Shown in pieces: positions 1 to 8,470 of a stretch of DNA of 32,371 nucleotides; position 1 is the stretch's first letter; every line of letters starts with the position of its first letter. The stretch is from positions 1 through 32,371 of the IMG/VR virus record IMGVR_UViG_3300007352_000460. One strand, 5' to 3'. The position numbers and the translations under genes were made by a program. Below the pieces are notes generated by a model. The model worked only from the letters and a program-made list of their open reading frames with translations, did no database searches and had not been told where the DNA came from. This DNA comes from a virus (taxonomy: Duplodnaviria > Caudoviricetes).

Positions 1-18
1 TTTATGACCTCCTTCCTT

Positions 19-1440
19 TTAAGGAACTATGTCTCTCGGAACATAAGCGTAAAGTCCAGGCGACATGAACACCCAATCATGTGGCGCAATCGGCTTTCGT
101 GCCTCAATCCTGCCGCCTAAGCCGCCATCATAATTAAGCGTAATGCGAATCGGGAGCGCATCAACGATTCCAATTTTGTCTGTTTGGTCTTGAATTTCTA
201 CAATATCATTCACTTCTAGCGCAGGATCACCGCGAACATCTAAAGAAAGATTCATATACGGGTCTTTTAGAAGCGAAAGTAACGATTGTGCATATAACGT
301 TGCAACTTCTTTGTCCTGGATCATCTCATTATCTATTTTTAACTCTCTTTCACCCCATCTTGCCAACAAGTACTCATCTTGAATTAGTGAGGTTGAATTT
401 AATGTTTCAATCATCCGTCCAAATACTTCCAAACTAACTGTTTCCGCAGGGCCTGAATTAGACACAGAAACGGTAATCGACCAGGTTCCGTATTCTATCG
501 ATTCAACTACTGCATTTTTAGCCCCAACGAGACTTATTTGGTCAATTATCGCTACCGGCCCACTAAATGCTAAATTTTGAAAAATAAAGCCGCCGTTTGG
601 TATGGCGATTGAATCTATTTTCAATAAAGAATCAGATTTTTTAAGGTACGGTGTTTTGTAAATCATAGATACTTTGTTATATGTGTCCAAATATTTTTGC
701 GGGTTTTCCGCAATGATAATTTGGTCATTGTCGGTTAAAGTAACTACAGCGTTTCCAGACTTGAAGTTATTCTTAACTCTAACTACACCATACCGGTTTG
801 CTGAAACATTGCAGTTTCCAGCGATAGCCAGTACTTGAAAAGCGTCTCTAACTTTTCCTTTCGGGAACCACCCAACTTGAATTGGCTGGTTCAGGCTGAT
901 GTCAATTTCGTATTGATCGGGAGCCAAACCCAAAACCTGAAAGAGTAATTCAAACATCCCGGCTACAGTGGTATTTGTTTGCACCGGCAGCATGGGAATA
1001 TCCTTATTGCCAAGCTCATACAACTTGTCATATCCGGTAACCGTGGCTTCTACCGATTCAGACGGCGCCGACCAATCGCCGGTACGGAAAACTCCCAAAG
1101 GCACATATTCAAAAGTACCGGGTGAAGTTTCCAAGCCTAAGTAAGGCTTGATTAAAAGGTTTGGCCGGAGCTTATCATAGTACGGGCTGGTTAAATTTGT
1201 TGGCGTAAAATCTCTACTTGAATTATCGAAGCTGATAGTTGTTTCGTTTGCTGATACCAGCCCCAGGGGATTATCTGACTCCGCATGAGCTTCTTCGAGC
1301 AGATGAATATCTACAATAGTGTTTTCATCAAGCTCGATCGGAGGCTGGCCGTCCCCGTCGAAGTATGCCAGCACCCGGGGTTTTATGTTTCGCACGTCGG
1401 CGTTTATGGCTGTTTTATAATCATTGCTAACCATGATCAT
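19..1440 (-). CDS. Phage tail tip/minor tail structural protein (hub-like)
   Basis: 473 aa, two genes after the tape measure. Motifs 'YVPLGVF', 'ATVTGYD' and 'VRGDPALEVNDIV' are typical of siphophage tail proteins. Confidence 0.7.
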   Translation of the reverse strand: MIMVSNDYKTAINADVRNIKPRVLAYFDGDGQPPIELDENTIVDIHLLEEAHAESDNPLGLVSANETTISFDNSSRDFTPTNLTSPYYDKLRPNLLIKPYLGLETSPGTFEYVPLGVFRTGDWSAPSESVEATVTGYDKLYELGNKDIPMLPVQTNTTVAGMFELLFQVLGLAPDQYEIDISLNQPIQVGWFPKGKVRDAFQVLAIAGNCNVSANRYGVVRVKNNFKSGNAVVTLTDNDQIIIAENPQKYLDTYNKVSMIYKTPYLKKSDSLLKIDSIAIPNGGFIFQNLAFSGPVAIIDQISLVGAKNAVVESIEYGTWSITVSVSNSGPAETVSLEVFGRMIETLNSTSLIQDEYLLARWGERELKIDNEMIQDKEVATLYAQSLLSLLKDPYMNLSLDVRGDPALEVNDIVEIQDQTDKIGIVDALPIRITLNYDGGLGGRIEARKPIAPHDWVFMSPGLYAYVPRDIVP

Positions 1441-1812
1441 TTAAATTTCCTCCAGCGTAAAGGAGACATTTTCATACAGCCAGCCTCCAACCGTACTTCT
1501 TATTATCTGGCTGGTTTCATCTGAGAATCTGATTGAGTATTTGCCAAAAGTGCCGTCTCTGCGCTCAATCTCGATCTCCCAGGTACCCGATCCGACAAAG
1601 GCAAGCCATATATCTATATCTGGACCGGTAATAAGGTTATAAGAAAACACAAAAACTTTCTTCGTGGCGATTACATCGATAACTGTTTTTCCAGATGAAA
1701 GCCGGATGGACCGGCGAATCTCCTTTGTTGTTTCTGATAGTTTGCGCCCATTTGGAGGTAGTAGAGTTTTCTCACTTTGCAGTGACCCTACTATACCGAT
1801 ATAGACATTCAT
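1441..1812 (-). CDS. Putative distal-tail-like protein
   Basis: 123 aa directly after the tape measure (ATGA overlap). C-terminal 'YENVSFTLEEI' resembles Dit/tube-fold protein ends. Confidence 0.55.
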   Translation of the reverse strand: MNVYIGIVGSLQSEKTLLPPNGRKLSETTKEIRRSIRLSSGKTVIDVIATKKVFVFSYNLITGPDIDIWLAFVGSGTWEIEIERRDGTFGKYSIRFSDETSQIIRSTVGGWLYENVSFTLEEI

Positions 1813-4415
1813 TCGCCTCTTCTCGCTTTCTCAAGCTGGCGTATCGGCTGCAATTTGCGCTCAAGTTTCATCAGATCTTGGTTGTCGAGCACCAAAGCGG
1901 TTATGCCGCCGCTGCCGGAAACTTCGAACTGTGCGCCTTTTAAAGCGCTTACAATAGCACTAGCCAGGCGGTTGTAATCAATCAGCGAGGATAGCTTTTC
2001 AATCGGCAGAACGGCCTCTGTCCCCGCCTCGCCAACGCCGATTATGGACGGGCTGGTAAAAATACCACCTTTACTGTACCAGCTCACGTCAAATACGGGA
2101 TACGGTACAGTTACAGGCCCCACCGATCTATACCCGGTCCCGACACGAACATGAGGCAGAGGAACATGTAACGAGGTGATACCATCGATAAAACTTCGAA
2201 TAATATTACTGCCCCACTCCCGGGCTCGCTTCGGTAGCCCAGCCAGCCAATTCCATAGCTCGTTTAATTTAGCTGTAGCCTCGTTTACCAGGTTACCAGC
2301 AGTCCTGACAACTGCGGTTTTAATATTACCCCATATTTCACCAGTTTTTTGACTTATCCCATCCCAATTCTTATAGATAAAGCCAGCCAGTATTCCTACT
2401 GGGCCGCCCAGGATCCCCAGCAGGATCGGCCACCAGTCGACTAAGAACTGCTTCAGGCCTTCCCAAATGGTTTCTGTGGTAGATTTGATTCCATTCCAAG
2501 TATCCTCTATTAGCGCTTTTACACTTTCCACAGCCCCATTAAAAATATTCTCAATGCTCTCCCAGAGGTTTTTAAAAAACGTTGAAATCGGTTCCCAATT
2601 TTTAATTACCACATAGGCTATCGCAGCTAGACCGGCAATAGCAACCAATGCTATGCCCAGAGGACTCATAATAAACGATAGCGCACCGCCAAAACCAACA
2701 CTTAATATATTCGATACCACGCTGAAAGCAGTACCAAGCTTGCCTATTATGACCGTCATATCTATCCCCATGGCCGACAAACCAAAGAACGTCATACCCA
2801 ATTTCGAACCAATATCAATAAGACCGGTGATAAGTGGTACCGCATCACCAAGAGGGGCAAGAAAAGACATCTCCAGAGAGCGCTTAATTCCCTCCAACGT
2901 AGCCATGAAACCGGAATATTCTTCGTCTAAGGATTGTGTTGCCCCACTTAAATCTACTGTTTTATCTTTCGTTTCCGCAAACGCCGCTACAATGCTGCTG
3001 ATCTGATCTGCGGTCAAGTCCTCAAACTTGGTGCCCATCAACTGAATGCCAAGATTATACTTTTCCTGCTCACTGCCTACCTGATTTAAGGCCTCAAACA
3101 CCTGGAAGAAAGCATTTCTCCCAGCCTCACCACCCTGAGCGAAGGCAGCGATAATCCTATTGGCCTCATCCGCCGGAAACATGCTCATGATGGCCTGCTG
3201 CGCGGTATCCCCATCTGTTTTTACTCTTATACCGAATTCTTTGACCGCATCAGCCAGGTAATCAGTATTTCTGGCGCCGTTCTCCATACCAATGCTAAGC
3301 CAGTTTAGCATATCGGTAGCAGATAACCCTATGGCTTTAAAATGTGCAGGATACTCCTGAAAAGTATCAAGTAAATCCCCAGCATTGCCAGCGCCTCCCT
3401 GAAAACCGGTAGTAATTACATCAAAAGCTTGCTGCGAATCTATCTCCCACGCTTTTGTAATTGCCCGCACGGCCTCAAGGTCCGATTGCGTGTCCGCACC
3501 AAGTTCAGCAAAAACATTATTTAAGCGAAAAACATTTTCAGTTTGATTTTTTAAATCTTCTCCAACAAGTCCAAGAGCCTGGTGTGTTCTTGCGGTAACC
3601 TCGCCGGCTTCCCGCATGGTTTCACCGAAATTATCGGCATACACATCTCTGGCAATACCTTCGAACTCTTTGGCCTCTTCTTTCGTCAGTCCAAGCATGG
3701 CCCGGAGATGGCCTGCACTTGCTGTCGCTGAGTCGAGCCCGCCGGCTATCTCGCCCCCGCCGATACCAACACCTGCTGCAGCAACACCCTGCTTAACTTT
3801 ATCCATTAGTCTGTCGGTATCACGCAGCTCGTCCTGGACCCCGCCAAGAGCCCGCTTAGCATCCTGCTCCATTTTATGCCAGGTATCGCCATATAGCAGC
3901 AAGCTACGCCTGTTTCGGTCTACTTCGTCATCTATCTGAGCAAATGCCTGAGCTATTTCCTGTGCCGCCGCCTCCCCGGCCTGGCCGCCTGCTCTGAGTT
4001 CACGGATAAGCTTATCAGTCGTCACGTCGTCAAATAGCCCGGCAATAGCTTGCTGTACTTTATCAGCATCGTCCTGAAATCGTCTTAACTCCTGTTCGGC
4101 TTTGACCACTTCACGCTGGAAAGCCCGGTACTGCCCTTCACTAATCTCGCCCCGGGCAAATTGCTCATTAACTTGTTCTTGCGCAACCCGGAGCTTGTTC
4201 AACTTTTCTTCAGAATTGGCAATTGCATCAGCCAGGAGCTTTTGTTTTTGCGCCACAAGCTGAGTATTTGAGGGATCTAATTTCAGGAGTTTTTCAACCT
4301 GTTTTAGCTCACTCTGAATATTTCGAGCATTTTTATTAACATCAGAAAGGGCTTTTGATAAACCTGTCGTATCAGAGCCGATAACTACATTTATGCCTTT
4401 AATGGTCTCCGACAA
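1809..4415 (-). CDS. Tape measure protein
   Basis: Long Ala/Gly-rich helical protein with coiled-coil N-terminus and Trp-spaced repeats. Start re-called to TTG 4415 (MSETIKGINVVIG) after an AAGGGGA RBS. Confidence 0.93.
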   Translation of the reverse strand: MSETIKGINVVIGSDTTGLSKALSDVNKNARNIQSELKQVEKLLKLDPSNTQLVAQKQKLLADAIANSEEKLNKLRVAQEQVNEQFARGEISEGQYRAFQREVVKAEQELRRFQDDADKVQQAIAGLFDDVTTDKLIRELRAGGQAGEAAAQEIAQAFAQIDDEVDRNRRSLLLYGDTWHKMEQDAKRALGGVQDELRDTDRLMDKVKQGVAAAGVGIGGGEIAGGLDSATASAGHLRAMLGLTKEEAKEFEGIARDVYADNFGETMREAGEVTARTHQALGLVGEDLKNQTENVFRLNNVFAELGADTQSDLEAVRAITKAWEIDSQQAFDVITTGFQGGAGNAGDLLDTFQEYPAHFKAIGLSATDMLNWLSIGMENGARNTDYLADAVKEFGIRVKTDGDTAQQAIMSMFPADEANRIIAAFAQGGEAGRNAFFQVFEALNQVGSEQEKYNLGIQLMGTKFEDLTADQISSIVAAFAETKDKTVDLSGATQSLDEEYSGFMATLEGIKRSLEMSFLAPLGDAVPLITGLIDIGSKLGMTFFGLSAMGIDMTVIIGKLGTAFSVVSNILSVGFGGALSFIMSPLGIALVAIAGLAAIAYVVIKNWEPISTFFKNLWESIENIFNGAVESVKALIEDTWNGIKSTTETIWEGLKQFLVDWWPILLGILGGPVGILAGFIYKNWDGISQKTGEIWGNIKTAVVRTAGNLVNEATAKLNELWNWLAGLPKRAREWGSNIIRSFIDGITSLHVPLPHVRVGTGYRSVGPVTVPYPVFDVSWYSKGGIFTSPSIIGVGEAGTEAVLPIEKLSSLIDYNRLASAIVSALKGAQFEVSGSGGITALVLDNQDLMKLERKLQPIRQLEKARRGE

Positions 4416-4433
4416 TTTATCCATCCCCTTCAG

Positions 4434-4460
4434 GCAGGAATATAAAAAATTCCAGCGAAT
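4434..4460 (+). promoter_or_regulatory. Putative sigma-H-type promoter of the lipoprotein moron
   Basis: GCAGGA (4434-4439), 17 nt, GAAT (4457-4460) matches the Firmicute sigH consensus AGGA-N17-GAAT. Overlapped by an inverted repeat TTCCAG-N8-CTGGAA (4450-4469). Confidence 0.5.
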
Positions 4461-4496
4461 ATACTGGAAAATTAAATTTACGAGGAGGAATTGCAA

Positions 4497-4973
4497 TTGA
4501 AAAAATTATTACTGGCGACGATTTTACTTCTTTTAATGTTTGTATTTGGCTGTTCTGGTTCAAATGAACTAAAAGATTTTGCATCAAAAGAAAAAGACTG
4601 GCTTAACCAGTTACAGCCTATCGTGGCACAAATAAGAATAGATTACGCTTCTTGGGAAAGTGGACAAATCAGTAAAGAACAATTATCTGAAAAACTATCT
4701 ATTCATTATCCAAAAGTTAAAGAGTTGAGAAATCAGTATAGCCAGTACAGGTCAGATGTAAAGCTATCAGATAAGGCAAAAAAAGATGACTTATATACAA
4801 AAGGACTAGGTTATGGTGATAGCATCCGTTTAAACGTAGAAAGTTTTCTCTTTTATGCAACAAAACCTATTTCTGATAGCGATTTGAAACAACTGTATGA
4901 AACCGAAATGAAGAAAGGGTATAACCGAAAACTTGAATTGCTACAATCAGCAATAGACAAACTACTAAAATAA
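4497..4973 (+). CDS. Lipoprotein moron of unknown function
   Basis: GAGGAGG RBS then TTG 4497. MKK, hydrophobic stretch, lipobox VFG-C. AT-rich and opposite to the tail operon. Confidence 0.85.
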   Translation: MKKLLLATILLLLMFVFGCSGSNELKDFASKEKDWLNQLQPIVAQIRIDYASWESGQISKEQLSEKLSIHYPKVKELRNQYSQYRSDVKLSDKAKKDDLYTKGLGYGDSIRLNVESFLFYATKPISDSDLKQLYETEMKKGYNRKLELLQSAIDKLLK

Positions 4974-5467
4974 ACCAACCTGATCAGCATATACCTTTTT
5001 AGGGGCATCATCAGTCAAATTTGCCACAATAAGCATGTCAAACAAGTCCTCGACATACTCGTTATCCACTTCGCCCTGCAATTTATTAAATGCTCTGCAA
5101 AAAGAGAGACAAAAATAAATTACCATTTGATACTCCGACAAGTGACTTATATCCTTGCCGGAGTTACTGCGTTTGGGACTTGCGCCGCCTTCATATTGGG
5201 CACGCCGGTTACGTATTCCCTGATATAACCGACAACTCTGGCAAGTTCCTCGAAATCCATGTTTTCCTCAATGGCATCTCTTGTTACATTGGTATTGTTG
5301 AATGCGGTTTCAATAACCCCTAACATCTCGTCGATGATCATTTCCCCATCAAGTTCGCCATTTTTATAAGCCTCCTGGAATTTAATTATTTGCCGCCACA
5401 GTTTTACTTTTGGTTTCGACATAACATATTTTTTGCCGTTGATCATAATTTGCGGTGGAGTTTTCAC
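4965..5467 (-). CDS. Frameshift-extended tail assembly chaperone (gpGT-like, about 167 aa)
   Basis: After the slippery site at 5171-5177 the -1 frame is open: ..KRSNSGKDISHLSEYQMVIYF..KKVYADQVGLF* ending at TAG 4965. Confidence 0.8.
5147..5467 (-). CDS. Tail assembly chaperone (gpG-like)
   Basis: 106 aa between major tail and tape measure genes. GTG start after an AGGGGG RBS. Confidence 0.85.
   Translation of the reverse strand: MKTPPQIMINGKKYVMSKPKVKLWRQIIKFQEAYKNGELDGEMIIDEMLGVIETAFNNTNVTRDAIEENMDFEELARVVGYIREYVTGVPNMKAAQVPNAVTPARI
5171..5177 (-). other. -1 ribosomal slippery heptamer C CCA AAC
   Basis: X XXY YYZ pattern, in frame, near the 3' end of the chaperone gene. Confidence 0.8.
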
Positions 5468-5503
5468 GTTCTTACCCCCTGATTTAGTGGTTATGTAAAA
5501 TTG

Positions 5504-5525
5504 AGGGCGGCACTGGGACCGCCCT
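5504..5525 (-). terminator. Stem-loop after major tail gene (weak terminator or mRNA stabiliser)
   Basis: AGGGCGG-N8-CCGCCCT followed by CAATTTT. Confidence 0.55.
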
Positions 5526-6415
5526 TAAGCAGTAGTGAAGTTCACGATGAGTGGCGCCGCCATCGCGTTGCCGGCCAAATCCTTAACCCCTGTGGTGACA
5601 ATAAAAACATGATCCGTTAAAGCACTAAGGTTAGATGCCGGGTTGAAGGTGATGATTTCGTGATTAGCGTCAATTGATAATGCCCCAGGGATAACAGTGC
5701 CGTCTGCTTTCATGAGAATGAAGTTCGCTGCAGTCACATCGCTAACCTGGATTGCTTCATCGAAGGTAATAACGATGTTAGCGTCAACAGCAACACCGGC
5801 AGCGGCATCAACCGGTACGCTGGTAGCGATTGGGGGAGTTGTGTCAGTAGTGCCGAGTGGCCCACTGGTGAACCAGTTGGTCCCCGTCGCAGCAACGTAA
5901 TCCGGATCATCGCCTCGGGTCGTCCGCTTATACTCATTATTATAGGCAAGTACAGTGAACTTACCTGTCAACGTAGGAACTTGAAAGGCGAGCTTACTCT
6001 CTTTCGTAGTAAACGTTTCCTGGGCTTCTGCGAATTTCCCCTTGTGAAGCCAGACGTATCCGAAAGTGCCGTCCGAAAGGGTTGTGCGGAAGCCGATGGC
6101 CGCGTCCGGGGAAATATCATTTCCAGCATATTTGGTTACACCTCCTGCGCGCGTGTGCCCGAGCAAAACCGCGCGCTCAACTGGAGTAAGGTCTGCAAGC
6201 TTCAAAGATACCTCGATTTCACCAATGCTATTCGCCACAATTGCCGGCGCATTATCCGCGAATAAAGTAGTAATCACCCCGTTCGGGTTTACGCCGATTT
6301 CAGTAATGCCTGGCACAGCAGCAGCCGCTTGCCAAGAGGCCCCGGTTACAGTGTCTGAAATTAACAAGGCGTAATGCAACTGATCAATACCGATTATCGC
6401 TTTGCTATTTCCCAT
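5525..6415 (-). CDS. Major tail protein (phi13-family-like) with C-terminal Ig-like (Big_5/SbsA-type) domain
   Basis: N-terminal 'IGIDQLHYA..LFADN..AIGFR..YVWLHKGKF'. C-terminal 'DTTPP..PVDAA..ITFDEAI..VKDLAGN..FTT'. Confidence 0.9.
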   Translation of the reverse strand: MGNSKAIIGIDQLHYALLISDTVTGASWQAAAAVPGITEIGVNPNGVITTLFADNAPAIVANSIGEIEVSLKLADLTPVERAVLLGHTRAGGVTKYAGNDISPDAAIGFRTTLSDGTFGYVWLHKGKFAEAQETFTTKESKLAFQVPTLTGKFTVLAYNNEYKRTTRGDDPDYVAATGTNWFTSGPLGTTDTTPPIATSVPVDAAAGVAVDANIVITFDEAIQVSDVTAANFILMKADGTVIPGALSIDANHEIITFNPASNLSALTDHVFIVTTGVKDLAGNAMAAPLIVNFTTA

Positions 6416-6419
6416 TGTT

Positions 6420-6740
6420 TTAACCTCCTATTAATTGAATTTCATAGATTATCTGGCGTAAATTTTCTTCATCCAGCCAGACTTCAATCTTCGAATAAGG
6501 CATACGCAGTTCCTTAAGTTTGTTCTGGACCGATGTTTCAGTTACTGAATCTTTCTTATCAGTGTAAAGCTCTACTTGAAAATTACCTACTTCCAAGTAA
6601 TTCTGATTATCTGCCATCATGTCATCACTATAAGCGAATTGGTAAGTAATAAACGGCGGTATCTGCGGGGTTGTAAACTCCCCATAGGCCACAGGCATGC
6701 CGAGGCTTTTCAAAGCCGTATAAAGTTCGGCCTGGGTCAT
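6420..6740 (-). CDS. Tail completion/terminator protein
   Basis: Position before the major tail gene. 'PPFITY..ADNQNY..QVELYTDKKD'. Confidence 0.75.
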   Translation of the reverse strand: MTQAELYTALKSLGMPVAYGEFTTPQIPPFITYQFAYSDDMMADNQNYLEVGNFQVELYTDKKDSVTETSVQNKLKELRMPYSKIEVWLDEENLRQIIYEIQLIGG

Positions 6741-6742
6741 AA

Positions 6743-7123
6743 CTAGCCCCCGTTTCTGATAATCCGCTTAATATTTTCCTGCAACTTACCTGCATACTTA
6801 TCATGTGCCGGCCGCATATGCGGATAGGCCTTTACCCGGCCACCGCTGACCTTGGCATGGCCGAATTCGAGCAGGTGGACTCGCCTATAGTGCTTGCGGT
6901 TCCAGACCACATACCGGCGCTTACCCGGGAAAGACTTGTTGGTCTTTACAAAGGTCCTGGCATATTCCCCGGTATGTTTCCTGGCCAGTGATTTTACCTC
7001 TCTAAGGACATTGTCGACCGTGATGTCAACCTCTTTCCTGACTGCTTCACTCACACCCTCGGTGTAATCCCTGACGGCATCAGTGATGGCGGTGGTCAGT
7101 TGGTCTATACGGACATTAGCCAT
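6743..7123 (-). CDS. HK97 gp10-family neck protein
   Basis: 'TGEYA', 'HLLEFGHAK..GGRVKAYPHMRPA'. Start re-called to ATG 7123. Confidence 0.88.
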   Translation of the reverse strand: MANVRIDQLTTAITDAVRDYTEGVSEAVRKEVDITVDNVLREVKSLARKHTGEYARTFVKTNKSFPGKRRYVVWNRKHYRRVHLLEFGHAKVSGGRVKAYPHMRPAHDKYAGKLQENIKRIIRNGG

Positions 7124-7703
7124 CAGCACCCACCCTTTCACGCCTGCATCTTTCTGTTAACCTTTCTTCTGTGTCACCCCGATAATACCGACTCATTAGC
7201 CCTTTATAGCTAATACCAGTGTTGGTCTTATTGCGAGCCTGGGTGAATTTATCAGAGAAGCGGCAATTACCGGGTTCATAATTTCCGTCCAACTCAATCC
7301 GGTCAATAGACAACTCATCAGAGTATCCATTCTGCATGGCCCAAGTATAAAAAGCTTCAAAATCGTTAATCCATTCTGCGCAAACTGTAATCCCGCGTCC
7401 ACCATAATTTTTATATCGACTGTTTTTCGGATTGTAGCAGCGGCCTTTCATCCCTGACCATATGTTATATAGCCGGGTGCGCCTTTTTCCGTGTGTGACC
7501 GGGCGTGTTTTGATCAATTCAGCATTAAGACATCCACAACTCCTTGTATTTCCGTTTAGAAACCGGTCACGCCTAACCTCTGTAAATTTTCCGCATTCAC
7601 ATAGGCATTCCCAAAAAATGATTCCATTTTTTGAACGTTTATTGGTTAAAGAAACAACAGTAAGCCGACCAAACTTTTGACCGGATAAGTCATGTAATGT
7701 CAT
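7116..7703 (-). CDS. Free-standing HNH-type homing endonuclease
   Basis: 'DLSGQKFGRLTV..WECLCECG..SCGC..RLYNIWSGMKGRC..YGGRGITVC..SIDRI..GNYEPGNCR'. Has its own AAGGAGG RBS. Confidence 0.85.
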   Translation of the reverse strand: MTLHDLSGQKFGRLTVVSLTNKRSKNGIIFWECLCECGKFTEVRRDRFLNGNTRSCGCLNAELIKTRPVTHGKRRTRLYNIWSGMKGRCYNPKNSRYKNYGGRGITVCAEWINDFEAFYTWAMQNGYSDELSIDRIELDGNYEPGNCRFSDKFTQARNKTNTGISYKGLMSRYYRGDTEERLTERCRRERVGADG

Positions 7704-7718
7704 CGATCATGCCTCCTT

Positions 7719-8024
7719 TCAACCGTCACCGGCTATTTTTTCACAGGTAAGTTCAAGCTCTTCAAAGTCAACCGCATAGGTACGAATGACATTGTACCGG
7801 ACGCCTTCAAAGACGACTTTCTTTTCTCCGTTATACTCGTATCCGTGGACAACAAATATCAACTCTGGCCGCAATCCCGTAAGGGCGGCATTGTAATGCT
7901 CCGAGCGGCCCACAGATTTAAGACCGCACAAAATTACCGTTTCCGTTTCAGTCGGTATTTGGTTTCCAATTTCATCCTCTGTGTAGGTCTGGCTGATTAA
8001 GGTGAGTTCGTGATCATAGGTCAT
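7719..8024 (-). CDS. Head closure/head-tail adaptor protein
   Basis: 'DEIGNQI..KSVGRSE..YEYNGEK..YNVIRTY..ELTCE'. Start ATG 8024 coupled (TAATG) to the upstream gene. Confidence 0.85.
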   Translation of the reverse strand: MTYDHELTLISQTYTEDEIGNQIPTETETVILCGLKSVGRSEHYNAALTGLRPELIFVVHGYEYNGEKKVVFEGVRYNVIRTYAVDFEELELTCEKIAGDG

Positions 8025-8452
8025 TACGCCACCACCCAGACGCCATTTACAAGGTCTACGGTCGTCCAAACCCCGTCAATATACATTTGCTTACTGCCAT
8101 CCGTACTAAGCAAATACACTGTATACAGGTCCGGTAATGCAGGAAGAACATCAACGGTCAATATTGCGTCTACCCTCAGCCTGTTTACCGCAAGGTGGAT
8201 GAATAGACTGTGCAGCCGGTACTGCAGATGCCTGGGCATCCCGTTATCTTTGTCTCTGCTTTGATATCTCCATGTGACGTAATCAACCACGAAAATCAAG
8301 TGATGAAAGTTAGCCTCATCCAGAACTAACCCCTTTTCATCTTGCAATTCTGTTATTACGCCGTTGGCGATGGCGGTCAGGTAAGTGTCCCTGACCGCCG
8401 TTTTGATTCCAAGACGTTCTTTAACTAGCGAAACAATTGCCGCTGCATCCAT
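8024..8452 (-). CDS. Head-tail connector (gp6-like) with C-terminal extension
   Basis: 'VKERLGI..RDTYL..VVDYVTWRY..MPRHLQYRLH' core plus about 50 extra residues. Confidence 0.82.
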   Translation of the reverse strand: MDAAAIVSLVKERLGIKTAVRDTYLTAIANGVITELQDEKGLVLDEANFHHLIFVVDYVTWRYQSRDKDNGMPRHLQYRLHSLFIHLAVNRLRVDAILTVDVLPALPDLYTVYLLSTDGSKQMYIDGVWTTVDLVNGVWVVA

Positions 8453-8470
8453 CGTTTAATCACCGCCTAA

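Noticed and set aside
7116-7718. Group I intron or intein carrying the HNH
   Set aside because: Both flanking genes are complete, the HNH has its own RBS, and there is no non-coding room for a ribozyme core.
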